Position numbers and translations under genes: made by a program. Shown here piece after piece: positions 1-10,108 of a DNA stretch of 32,000 nt (its first letter is position 1; every line of letters starts with the position of its first letter). The stretch is taken from contig CAVQSX010000019.1 of assembly GCA_963715905.1 (NCBI GenBank), positions 19,496 to 51,495 on the forward strand, in the 5' to 3' direction. Origin of the DNA: an uncultured Actinomycetota bacterium (GTDB lineage Bacteria; Actinomycetota; Actinomycetes; Mycobacteriales; Mycobacteriaceae). Below the pieces are notes generated by a model. It saw nothing but the letters and a program-made list of their open reading frames with translations, did not search any database and had not been told where the DNA came from.

Positions 1-720
<720 letters not shown>

Positions 721-912
721 CGCTGCTCATTCTGCTCCGCCTTGGCTTTCGTTTCATCCCCAAGTTTCATCTCGAGCCATTTGTTCCATCTCTAGCCCAT
801 CCACCCTATCCAGGCGACCGGCAGACAACCGGCAGGTAAACACGACGCCACCACGGCAAATGGACACAGCGCGACGCTGCCATCCGGCGAGCCGCTGCCT
901 AGGCTCTGACCC

Positions 913-2220
913 ATGGAATCGGTCAACAGGGTCTACGTGGCGCGGCTCGCGCGGATGTTGGTGCTGGGTCCGCTCGGCGAATCGTTCGGGCGCGTCCGCG
1001 ATGTCGTGATCAGCCTCAGCATCGTCCGCCAGCAGCCGCACGTCCTGGGGCTGGTTGTCGATCTGGCCACCCGCCGCAGCGTTTTCATCCCGATACTCAG
1101 GGTCTCCTCAATCGAGCCCAACGCGGTGACACTCAACACGGGCAGCGTTTCCCTGAGCCGCTTCGAGCAGCGGCCGGGTGAGGTGCTGGTGATTGGTCAA
1201 GTGCTCGACACCCCGGTCAAGGTCAACGATCCTGAACTGCCGGAGCTGGCCGACCATGACGTCCTGATCACCGACCTGGGTATCGAGCAGAGCCGAACCC
1301 GCGACTGGCTGGTGACCACGGTCGCCGTCCGCAGCCAGCGACGACTGGGGCGGCGCGGCCCGGCGCACGTGGTCAACTGGCAAAACGTGCAGGGTTTGAC
1401 ACCGTCAGCGTTGTCGATGCCGGACCAGGCGGTGGCACAGTTGCTGCATCAGTTCGAGGGACGCCGCGCCGTCGACGTGGCGGAGGCCATCCGCGGGTTG
1501 CCGCCCAAGCGGCAGTACGACGTGTTCAAGGCACTCAACGACGAACGGCTGGCCGACATTCTGCAGGAGTTGCCCGACTCGCAGCAGGCCGACGTGTTGT
1601 CGCAGTTGGGCACCGAACGCGCGGCCGATGTGCTCGAGGAGATGGATCCCGACGACGCCGCCGACCTGCTCGGCATGATGAACCCGACCGAGGCCGAGAT
1701 GTTGCTGACCCGGATGGACCCCGGGGAATCAGCACCGGTGCGACGGCTGCTGAAACACTCGCCCGACACCGCGGGCGGGTTGATGACCTCCGATCCCATC
1801 GTGCTGACCGCGAACACCACGGTCGCCGAGGCCCTGGCACGGGTCCGGGATCCCGATCTCATCACCGCACTGTCATCAATGGTGTTCGTGACGCACCCAC
1901 CGACAGCCACGCCCACCGGGCTCTACCTGGGCTGCGTGCACCTGCAACGGCTGCTTCGCGAACCGCCGAGCAGTTCGGTCGGCGGAATCACCGACACCGA
2001 CCTGCTCGCGCTGACCCCCGAAACCCCGCTTGCCGCGGTGACCCGTTACTTCGCTGCGTACAACCTGGTCTGCGGGCCGGTGGTCGACGATGAAAACCAC
2101 CTGTTGGGAGCGGTAACCGTGGACGACCTGCTCGATCACCTGTTGCCCCACGACTGGCGCACGGATGTGCGGGAGTCAGACTCCATCCGCCTCCTTGAGG
2201 GAACCGGAGAATCCGCGTGA
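913..2220 (+). CDS. Soluble MgtE-N-domain plus CBS-pair protein (Rv1232c-like), no MgtE transmembrane channel domain
   Basis: 435-aa ORF. The middle region (LADILQELPDSQQADVLSQLGTERAADVLEEMDPDDAADLLGMMNPTEAEMLL) is the typical acidic MgtE N-terminal repeat. It is followed by CBS-like segments (GGLMTSDPIVLTANTTVAEALARVRD; LLGAVTVDDLLDHLLP). No hydrophobic helices are present. The length equals that remembered for Rv1232c. Confidence 0.8.
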   Translation: MESVNRVYVARLARMLVLGPLGESFGRVRDVVISLSIVRQQPHVLGLVVDLATRRSVFIPILRVSSIEPNAVTLNTGSVSLSRFEQRPGEVLVIGQVLDTPVKVNDPELPELADHDVLITDLGIEQSRTRDWLVTTVAVRSQRRLGRRGPAHVVNWQNVQGLTPSALSMPDQAVAQLLHQFEGRRAVDVAEAIRGLPPKRQYDVFKALNDERLADILQELPDSQQADVLSQLGTERAADVLEEMDPDDAADLLGMMNPTEAEMLLTRMDPGESAPVRRLLKHSPDTAGGLMTSDPIVLTANTTVAEALARVRDPDLITALSSMVFVTHPPTATPTGLYLGCVHLQRLLREPPSSSVGGITDTDLLALTPETPLAAVTRYFAAYNLVCGPVVDDENHLLGAVTVDDLLDHLLPHDWRTDVRESDSIRLLEGTGESA

Positions 2221-2759
2221 GTAAAGGCACCGAACCACGACGGTTGTACACCCCCCGAACATCGCGCGGGATCTCGCTGCGACTCGACCCCGAGACGGTC
2301 GGGCAGAGCACCGAGGCTCTCGCGCGCTTCTTCGGCACCGGCCGCTATCTACTGATCCAGACGGTCATCGTGATCATTTGGATCGTGTTTAATCTGGTTG
2401 CGATCGAGCAGCGCTTCGACCCGTACCCCTTCATCCTGCTCAATCTGGCTTTCTCCACGCAGGCCGCGTATGCGGCCCCGCTGATTCTGCTGGCCCAGAA
2501 TCGGCAGGAAAACCGGGACCGCGTCTCACTGGACGCCGATCGTCGTCGCGCCGCGGAGACCAAAGCCGACACCGAGTATCTGGCCCGTGAGCTGGCCGCG
2601 CTGCGACTGGCCGTCGGCGAGGTCGTGACCCGCGAACACCTACGCGACGAGCTGGAAGAACTGCGCGCTCTGCTGACCGACCTACACCCAGAAACCCCAG
2701 ACCCTGACGCTGTTCGAGCCCGCGAGGGTCTGGACCAGAGTGCGCCGAAACCGGGGTGA
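2217..2759 (+). CDS. DUF1003-family membrane protein (Rv1231c-like), two TM helices plus a C-terminal coiled-coil-like tail
   Basis: 180-aa ORF. Its GTG at 2217 overlaps the upstream TGA (GTGA at 2217..2220). The motif FDPYPFILLNLAFSTQAAYAAPLILLAQNRQENRDR is the DUF1003 signature as I remember it. Confidence 0.8.
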   Translation: MSKGTEPRRLYTPRTSRGISLRLDPETVGQSTEALARFFGTGRYLLIQTVIVIIWIVFNLVAIEQRFDPYPFILLNLAFSTQAAYAAPLILLAQNRQENRDRVSLDADRRRAAETKADTEYLARELAALRLAVGEVVTREHLRDELEELRALLTDLHPETPDPDAVRAREGLDQSAPKPG

Positions 2760-2870
2760 GCCCGGTTCCACCATTGCGCCACTCCCGCCACAGGGGTTAT
2801 GTATGGTGATCTAGTTCACGTACGTTAACAACGGGTTATTTCCTGACGGCCATATCTTGAGGACAGTCGA

Positions 2871-4241
2871 GTGCGCATTGGGGGACGCTGGGGTGCACGC
2901 CCTGCCGCCGCGACGGCCGGCAAGCGGACACTCCATGCAACGCGGTCGCCGGCATTCGGCGTAGCCCTGGTCGTTCCGCTGGTATTCGCCAGCGCCGTCG
3001 CCGGTGCGGGACCCACGATGTCCGGCGGCACAGCACTCACAGTGCCCGGGAAAGCCCCCGCGGTTCGTACCGCCATCACGCAGGTCGCCGCCGTTTCCCC
3101 AGCCGTCCCCGATCTGTCCGGCCCGGTTGTCATCGCCATGGAGCATCCGCCGGCCGACTTCCACGTCGCCCAGGGCGCATTATCGGCGCCGCCCCTTCCG
3201 ATGATCGTGAATGCGCCAGGCGCACTGGGAATTCCGATGGTCGCGCTGTCGGCTTACCGCAATGCCGAGCAGAAGATGGCCGTCGCCGCCCCCGGCTGCG
3301 GCATCAGCTGGAATGTGCTGGCCGGGATCGGCCGCATCGAGTCGGGCCACGCAGGCGGCGGCGCCGTCGACGCCCGCGGCACCGCGGTACGGCCGATCTA
3401 CGGTCCCGTGCTGGATGGCACGCTGCCGGGCAACGAGGTCATCACCACCAGCAGCGTCGGCGGCGGTGGCGTGACGTACGCCCGCGCGATGGGCCCGATG
3501 CAGTTCCTGCCCGGCACCTGGGCACGGTACGCATCCGATGGCGACGGCGACGGCATAGCCGACCCGCAGAACCTGTTCGACGCCACACTGGCGGCCGCCC
3601 GGTATTTGTGCAGCGGCGGCCTCAACCTGCGTGACCCGTCGCAGGTGATGGCCTCGATCCTGCGTTACAACAACTCGATGGCGTATGCCCAGAACGTGCT
3701 GGGCTGGGCCTCGGCCTACGCCACTGGCGTCGTCCCGGTCGACCTGCCGCCGATCACCGGAACGCCACCCCCGCTCGGCGACGCTCACGACCAGCATCCG
3801 GAGGGGCTCGGGCCCGGCCTGCCGCTGAACATCATGGGCGTGCCGATGAGCGACCCGTTGGCGCAGATCCCGATGATCGATCTGACCCAACAATCTCAGT
3901 TGCCCAGTCAGTCACCCATGTTCCCCTGGATGACCCCGGCCGCACCACCGCAGTCGCAGACTCAGCTGCCCGGCTGCACGCTGATCTGCATCGACCCGCA
4001 GAGCCAGCCGCCCGGGGCGCCGGCTTTCCCGCCGCCGGCTTTCCCGCCGCCGCCGGCTTTCCCGCCGCCAGTGGGTTTTCCGCCGGCCCCGCCCGCTGCC
4101 CCGCCGTGGGGGCCGCCGCCGCCGCCCGAAGCTGCGCCACCCCCAGACTCACAGGGCGTCCCGCCCGGCGGTCCTCCCCCGGCCTCACCGCCGCCGGCCA
4201 GCCAGGCGCCGGTGCCCCACCGGCCAGCAAGCCAGCATTAG
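2871..4241 (+). CDS. Secreted or membrane-anchored lytic transglycosylase-like protein (SLT_2/MltB-type domain) with a proline-rich C-terminal tail, Rv1230c-like
   Basis: 456-aa ORF. GTG at 2871 is preceded by GAGGA at a 7-nt spacing. The N-terminal hydrophobic segment is FGVALVVPLVFASAVAGA. Domain motifs are GIGRIESGHAGGG, AMGPMQFLPGTWARYASDGDGDGIADPQN and AAARYLC. The last roughly 100 aa are more than half proline. Confidence 0.75.
   Translation: MRIGGRWGARPAAATAGKRTLHATRSPAFGVALVVPLVFASAVAGAGPTMSGGTALTVPGKAPAVRTAITQVAAVSPAVPDLSGPVVIAMEHPPADFHVAQGALSAPPLPMIVNAPGALGIPMVALSAYRNAEQKMAVAAPGCGISWNVLAGIGRIESGHAGGGAVDARGTAVRPIYGPVLDGTLPGNEVITTSSVGGGGVTYARAMGPMQFLPGTWARYASDGDGDGIADPQNLFDATLAAARYLCSGGLNLRDPSQVMASILRYNNSMAYAQNVLGWASAYATGVVPVDLPPITGTPPPLGDAHDQHPEGLGPGLPLNIMGVPMSDPLAQIPMIDLTQQSQLPSQSPMFPWMTPAAPPQSQTQLPGCTLICIDPQSQPPGAPAFPPPAFPPPPAFPPPVGFPPAPPAAPPWGPPPPPEAAPPPDSQGVPPGGPPPASPPPASQAPVPHRPASQH
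4020..4067 (+). repeat. In-frame tandem repeat CCGGCTTTCCCGCCG x3 (15, 18 and 15 nt) encoding AFPPP / AFPPPP / AFPPP
   Basis: Read directly: units at 4020-4034, 4035-4052 (with an extra CCG) and 4053-4067, inside the Pro-rich tail of the 2871..4241 CDS. Confidence 0.8.
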
Positions 4242-4242
4242 C

Positions 4243-4302
4243 CGCGAGCGTAACCACACCGCGAAAAATCCGGCCAAAAAGCGCGGTGCCGTTACGCTCG
4301 TG
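4243..4302 (+). terminator. Imperfect long hairpin just after the transglycosylase-like gene stop; possible intrinsic terminator or processing structure without a U-tract
   Basis: CGCGAGCGTAAC (4243-4254) pairs with GTTACGCTCGTG (4291-4302), 11 of 12 positions. The inner pair is CACCGCG / CGCGGTG. It starts 2 nt after the TAG at 4239-4241 and lies 47 nt before mrp. Confidence 0.3.
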
Positions 4303-4348
4303 AGCTCGGTGCCGACCGCACCGTCCGCGCTCTCGCCTACACTCAGCG

Positions 4349-5497
4349 GTGATGTCCAGTCATGACGCAGCCGACCTGCGCTCCGCTATCCACACCGCTC
4401 TGGCAAAGGTGATCGACCCCGAACTACGGCGCCCCATCACCGAACTCGGAATGGTCAAGAACGTCGAGGTCGGACCCGACGGCAGCGTGCTTGTCACGGT
4501 CAACCTGACCACCGCCAGCTGCCCGAAGAAGACCGAGATCACTGACCGCGTCAGCGAAGTCGTCGCCGACGTCCCCGGCACCGGCGCGGTGAAAGTCCTT
4601 CTGGACGTCATGAACGACGAGCAGCGCACGGAGTTGCGCAAGCAGTTGCGTGGCGATGCCCGCGAACCCGTTATCCCGTTCGCCCAGCCCAGCTCCCTGA
4701 CCCGGGTCTATGCGGTGGCATCCGGCAAAGGCGGGGTCGGAAAGTCCAGCGTCACAGTAAATCTCGCTGCCGCGATGGCCGCACGAGGCGTGTCGGTCGG
4801 TGTGCTAGACGCCGACATCCACGGCCATTCCATCCCCCGGATGATGGGCACCACCGATCGGCCCACTCAGGTTGAGTCGATGATCCTGCCGCCCATCGCC
4901 CACGAGGTGAAGGTCATCTCAATCGCCCAGTTCACCGAGGGCAATACGCCCGTGGTGTGGCGGGGGCCGATGCTGCACCGCGCTTTACAGCAGTTCCTGG
5001 CCGATGTGTACTGGGGCGACCTGGATGTGCTCCTGCTCGATCTGCCGCCCGGAACCGGCGACATCGCCATCTCGGTGGCTCAGCTGATCCCGAACGCAGA
5101 AATCCTGGTGGTGACCACCCCGCAACTGGCCGCGGCCGAGGTCGCCGAGCGCGCCGGCAGCATCGCGCTGCAGACCCGCCAGCGCATCGTCGGCGTGGTG
5201 GAGAACATGTCGGGACTCGCGCTGCCGGACGGCTCAACGCTGCAGGTGTTCGGCGAGGGCGGTGGCCGCCAGGTCGCCGAGCGGTTGTCACGGGCGGTCG
5301 GTGCCGATGTGCCGCTGCTGGGCCAGATCCCGTTGGATCCCGCACTAGTGGCCGCCGGCGATTCGGGCGTGCCGATCGTGCTCAGCGCGCCCGACTCCGC
5401 GGTCGGCAAGGAATTGCTCAACATCGCCGACACCCTGTCGTCACGGCGGCGCGGACTGGCGGGCATGTCGCTGGGGCTCGACCCGACCCGCCGCTAG
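4349..5497 (+). CDS. mrp: Mrp/ApbC-family Fe-S cluster carrier ATPase with an N-terminal DUF59 (MIP18-like) domain
   Basis: 382-aa ORF with a deviant Walker A (AVASGKGGVGKSS) and an N-terminal VIDPELRRPITELGMV. It is very close to remembered Rv1229c. The start is GTG 4349 or ATG 4352. Confidence 0.9.
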   Translation: MMSSHDAADLRSAIHTALAKVIDPELRRPITELGMVKNVEVGPDGSVLVTVNLTTASCPKKTEITDRVSEVVADVPGTGAVKVLLDVMNDEQRTELRKQLRGDAREPVIPFAQPSSLTRVYAVASGKGGVGKSSVTVNLAAAMAARGVSVGVLDADIHGHSIPRMMGTTDRPTQVESMILPPIAHEVKVISIAQFTEGNTPVVWRGPMLHRALQQFLADVYWGDLDVLLLDLPPGTGDIAISVAQLIPNAEILVVTTPQLAAAEVAERAGSIALQTRQRIVGVVENMSGLALPDGSTLQVFGEGGGRQVAERLSRAVGADVPLLGQIPLDPALVAAGDSGVPIVLSAPDSAVGKELLNIADTLSSRRRGLAGMSLGLDPTRR

Positions 5498-5522
5498 CCT
5501 CGCCCGTTCACTGCCGCTCATC

Positions 5523-5589
5523 GCCGCGAGCGAGCGTGTCTGTACAACGCCACGCCGCGCAATAGGTACAAATGCGCACGCTCGCGGGC
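5523..5589. repeat. Degenerate copy of the dispersed palindromic hairpin family, between the convergent mrp and tatB genes
   Basis: The left arm GCCGCGAGCGAGCGTGTCTGTAC (5523-5545) pairs with the right arm GTACAAATGCGCACGCTCGCGGGC (5566-5589) with about 5 mismatches. The loop is 20 nt. The outer CGCGAGCG/CGCTCGCG and the right arm resemble the other copies (xATGCGyyyGCTCGCG). Confidence 0.55.
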
Positions 5590-5595
5590 TAACCG

Positions 5596-6009
5596 CTAGG
5601 TGGCGTCGGTGTCGAACGGAGTCTGACAGGGGCGCTCGGGTGTGGCGGGCTGTTCCGCGACAGCCGGCGAGCCGGCCGGCGTCGCCGGCGCCCCGTTAAC
5701 CGGGTGCACCGGCCTGTTGAAGTTCCCCGTAAAGATCGAGTCGTCGCCGTCCAGCAGGTGCTTGGTCAGCGCCGCGCGCGGCGTCATACCCCGCAACTTC
5801 TGCAGCTCGCTGAGTGGAGCGCGCAAATCGTCGAACTCGGGTCCGATGTCCTCGCGCAGCTGAGTGCTCACACCGCTGAGGTATTCGCGCGCCTGCCGCA
5901 GCGCGTTCGACGTCCACCGCATCGCACCCGGAAGTCGCTCCGGGCCAAGAATCACCAGCCCGACCACAACAAGGACCAGGAGATGCTCCCAGCTCAGGTT
6001 CGCGAACAT
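5596..6009 (-). CDS. tatB: Sec-independent (Tat) protein translocase subunit TatB
   Basis: 137-aa ORF. The N-terminus [27 protein letters not shown] is the canonical TatA/B TM helix plus hinge. The ATG at 6009 abuts the htrA stop at 6010-6012. Confidence 0.85.
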   Translation of the reverse strand: MFANLSWEHLLVLVVVGLVILGPERLPGAMRWTSNALRQAREYLSGVSTQLREDIGPEFDDLRAPLSELQKLRGMTPRAALTKHLLDGDDSIFTGNFNRPVHPVNGAPATPAGSPAVAEQPATPERPCQTPFDTDAT

Positions 6010-7533
<1,524 letters not shown>

Positions 7534-7705
7534 TTAAATCCTCGTCTGCGTTGCTCTCGAGACAGGCCTTACCACCGGCCGATACACCGGCTCCGCGTTG
7601 TCCGTGTCCACCCTAGTATCCACGGTTCGCTGCTGGTCGGCATGAGCCCACGCGCGGGCGCCAACCTCCCGGCTCCGGTAACGAGCCGGCGGGGAAGCGC
7701 CCAAA

Positions 7706-8113
7706 CTAACCGCGCTTGCGCTGGTCGCGAGGGTCGCGGTCGGCGAAACGTTCGGAGACTGGATCTGCTGGCAGCGATGTCACGTCATCGGGCGAACAAT
7801 GCGGGATAGCCGACAACAACCCGAGCAAAGCACTGGGGATCCGGATCGGGTGGGAGTCGCGCAGCGCGGAACGCGCCCGGCTCTGATCATCAACTTCGAT
7901 CGCACACTCTCCGCAGAGCGAAAGGTGATGCGCGGCGCGCAGGTGTGCGTTCATCCGCAACTCGCCGTCGACGAACGCCGCGATTGCCTCGGTGGACAGG
8001 TGTTCGGTGGAACCGAACTGCCGCGGAGATCCGACCGGCGCGTCACTCTGCGAGGCGAACTGCGCGGGAAGCCAGGAGAACGCACGTCGGAACACATGCC
8101 CTCGGTCGGCCAT
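7706..8113 (-). CDS. rseA: Anti-sigma-E factor RseA (ZAS family)
   Basis: The start is chosen at ATG 8113, preceded by AAGGAG, giving 135 aa. The ZAS motif HxxxCxxC is present as HHLSLCGEC. It lies immediately downstream of sigE. The longer 221-aa ORF in the track would overlap sigE and has no ribosome-binding site (RBS). Confidence 0.8.
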   Translation of the reverse strand: MADRGHVFRRAFSWLPAQFASQSDAPVGSPRQFGSTEHLSTEAIAAFVDGELRMNAHLRAAHHLSLCGECAIEVDDQSRARSALRDSHPIRIPSALLGLLSAIPHCSPDDVTSLPADPVSERFADRDPRDQRKRG

Positions 8114-8208
8114 CACGCGCTCCTTTCGCAGCCACCCATATGTCGAATGTAGCGCGACAGGAGCCCGGTTCCCCTCCACTAGTGCAAAATTTCCGGATCG
8201 CTGGAGAG

Positions 8209-9015
8209 CTAGGCCGACTTGGCGTGTGAGATGCGCTCGCCGTGTTCGGAGTGCGCGCTCAGATAGTCGCGCAGCGCCTGACGTCCGCGATGTATGCGAC
8301 TGCGGACGGTGCCCAGCTTCACACCCAGGGTGGCGCCGATCTCTTCGTACGACAGGCCTTCGATGTCGCACAGGACAACCGCGGCACGGAACTCAGGCGG
8401 CAGCGAGTCCAGGGCGGCCTGCAGGTCGGGCCCGAGCCGTGAGTCGTGGTAGATCTCCTCGGGATTGGGCTCGTCGGCGGGCACCCGGTCGTAATCGTCG
8501 GGCAGTGCTTCCATCCGGATGCGGGCACGCCGACGCACCATGTCGAGGAACAGATTCGTCGTGATGCGGTGCAGCCAGCCCTCAAAGGTGCCCGGCTGGT
8601 AGTTCTGCACCGACCGAAAGACACGGATGAACGTCTCCTGCGTCAGGTCTTCGGCATCTTGCGGGTTGCCCGCTAGACGGTAGGCCAGTCGATACACCCG
8701 GTCAGCATGCTGACGTACCAGCTCGTCCCATGACGGCATGGTCGCCAAGTCCCCGGTCGCATCGAAAACGGCCGTGCCCTGCAACGCGTCCGAGGTTTCC
8801 GCCCATTCGTCGTCCGGGCACAACTGGGGATGCGACATGCTGGTCGGGTTCAAAACAGTGGTGGTAATGAGGTCCTCCGGGTTTGCCCTGCCAAAGATTG
8901 TGTCTCGCTGGACGGGAACACGATGTTGCCGCCGTGTATTCCCCGAAGCACTCCCCGGCCAAACCCCTCCGCGTTCCATAAGGGATACCGTCGCGCACCG
9001 GTGTATGGACGACAT
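8209..9015 (-). CDS. sigE: ECF RNA polymerase sigma factor SigE; the longest ORF is given, and shorter isoforms are likely (for example ATG at 8838)
   Basis: From [12 protein letters not shown] onward the protein is nearly identical to remembered Mtb SigE ([38 protein letters not shown]; region 4 [25 protein letters not shown]). The first 59 codons are poorly conserved. Confidence 0.9.
   Translation of the reverse strand: MSSIHRCATVSLMERGGVWPGSASGNTRRQHRVPVQRDTIFGRANPEDLITTTVLNPTSMSHPQLCPDDEWAETSDALQGTAVFDATGDLATMPSWDELVRQHADRVYRLAYRLAGNPQDAEDLTQETFIRVFRSVQNYQPGTFEGWLHRITTNLFLDMVRRRARIRMEALPDDYDRVPADEPNPEEIYHDSRLGPDLQAALDSLPPEFRAAVVLCDIEGLSYEEIGATLGVKLGTVRSRIHRGRQALRDYLSAHSEHGERISHAKSA
8917..8942 (-). 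promoter_or_regulatory. Candidate SigH/SigE-type ECF promoter inside the 5' part of the long sigE ORF
   Basis: The minus strand reads GGGAATA-cacggcggcaacatcgt-GTT. The -35 GGAATA is plus-strand tattcc at 8937-8942, the spacer is 17 nt, and the -10 GTT is plus-strand aac at 8917-8919. This fits the remembered GGAAYA-N16-17-GTT consensus. Confidence 0.4.
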
Positions 9016-9022
9016 AGGAGCA

Positions 9023-9041
9023 AACTGAGGTTTGCCTGAGA
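9023..9041 (-). promoter_or_regulatory. Candidate response-regulator (MprA-box-like) direct repeat just upstream of the long sigE start
   Basis: The minus strand reads TCTCAGGC-AAA-CCTCAGTT, two 8-bp direct repeats separated by 3 nt, with the CTCAG cores 11 bp apart. This is the architecture I remember for MprA boxes. The match to the consensus sequence itself is unverified. Confidence 0.3.
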
Positions 9042-9271
9042 AACCGTATCGTTACAGAGCGTCTCACCCGTCTGCGTTACCAGCGTTAACCAGGTCAAAC
9101 GCCTGGGACGGCGACCGGCGTGCGACCCATGCCCGATGGTCAGGCATGCCCTCGCCACTGGACTGGTCCAGAGCCCCGGGTTGACACCGCGCCGACGGAG
9201 GGTGTTCGGCGATGCAAAGCGCGGGTGCGGCGGTAGTAAAGTACCCAAAAATCCTGTAACTCGAGGGAGAA

Positions 9272-10108
9272 ATGCCCAGGCGCATGCTCCAAAAATCAAT
9301 TGACGATGCTGTTAGCAGGACACCCGAAATCGATTGGTCTATCTGCGTTCGCGATGACGGGGATCGTGAATTGGCATCTCACAATCCTAACTTTTCGATG
9401 GAGACTGCCAGCATCGGGAAGCTGTTGCTGCTGGCCGAGGTTGCGCGACAATTTGAAACTGGCGATCTGGACAGTAGGGAATTACTCGACCGTGATCCAA
9501 AACTTCTCGTTGCCGATTCGGGCATCTGGCAATACTTGCGAGTCAACAAGCTGTCCACCCACGATCTCTGTGTGCTAATTGCCGCGGTCAGCGACAATAT
9601 AGCTACAAACGTGCTATTGAAACGCGTCGGATTTCAGCGGCTTCGAGAACTTTCCGGAGCTCTTGGATTGATTGAGACAGCGCTGCTCGACTATGTCCGC
9701 GACTATCGAGGCCCGGATGATTTGTGGACATTTTCAAAAGGCTCGGCCGCCGAGTTGTCTCGTTTCATGAATCAGATCGCCCGAAAAGAGTTGATATCAC
9801 AAACAGTTTCAGAGCAGTTAGGTAGATGGCTATCGACAGGTGTGGACCTATCGATGGTAGCGTCTGCTTTCGGGTTTGATCCCCTGGCACATTCAGAACC
9901 AGATCGTGGATTTTATATACGCAACAAAACGGGTACCGACAGAAGAATAACTGCAGACGTTGGAACTGTCGGACAAGGCAGCACGTGGTTATCCTATGCG
10001 GTTATCGCTAATTGGGAACCTGGCGATCCAAGTTTACGAGATGCGGCCCTCGCGGCAATGAGCTCAATCGGCAAGACACTGAGGAATATCCTGCAAAACG
10101 ATTCGTGA
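9272..10108 (+). CDS. Class A beta-lactamase-fold serine hydrolase, apparently cytoplasmic, encoded on a low-GC insertion
   Basis: 278-aa ORF. SxxK is SIGK with Ser47, SDN is at 107-109 (the same 60-residue spacing as class A S70 to S130), and KTG is at 219-221. The N-terminus MPRRMLQKSIDDAVSRTPE is hydrophilic, so no signal peptide. I could see no ExxLN omega-loop motif. GGGAGA lies just upstream; an alternative ATG is at 9284. Codons are rich in A/T-ending forms (GAT, AAA, TTG, CTT, ACA), unlike the neighbours. Confidence 0.8.
   Translation: MPRRMLQKSIDDAVSRTPEIDWSICVRDDGDRELASHNPNFSMETASIGKLLLLAEVARQFETGDLDSRELLDRDPKLLVADSGIWQYLRVNKLSTHDLCVLIAAVSDNIATNVLLKRVGFQRLRELSGALGLIETALLDYVRDYRGPDDLWTFSKGSAAELSRFMNQIARKELISQTVSEQLGRWLSTGVDLSMVASAFGFDPLAHSEPDRGFYIRNKTGTDRRITADVGTVGQGSTWLSYAVIANWEPGDPSLRDAALAAMSSIGKTLRNILQNDS

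Noticed and set aside
721-740. Five-codon mini-ORF (ATG AGC AGC GAT GAC TAG on the minus strand) with a GGAG 4 nt upstream, overlapping the Rv1234-like start, considered as a regulatory upstream ORF
   Set aside because: It is too short and unsupported by any conservation information available to me. It could easily be a chance occurrence.
2760-2870. AT-richer leader upstream of the transglycosylase-like gene, examined as a possible c-di-AMP (ydaO-type) riboswitch because such riboswitches precede cell-wall hydrolase genes in actinobacteria
   Set aside because: Only about 110 nt are available. I could not find the paired-helix pseudo-symmetric architecture or the conserved ACGGGGA-type segments. 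Only small palindromes (ACGTACGT, GTTAAC) are present. A covariance-model scan would be needed to overturn this.
7669-7689. Hairpin CCGGCTC-N7-GAGCCGG 17 nt downstream of the rseA stop, considered as a terminator or attenuator between rseA and htrA
   Set aside because: The stem is only 7 bp, there is no U-tract, and GC-rich DNA yields many such stems by chance. It is kept only as a note.
8144-8172. ECF-like motif GGAACC-N17-CATTCG (minus strand) between sigE and rseA, considered as a SigE-dependent rseA promoter
   Set aside because: The -35 is good, but the -10 reads ATT rather than the conserved GTT. With a 95-bp gap and a strong RBS, simple co-transcription with sigE is the more economical explanation.
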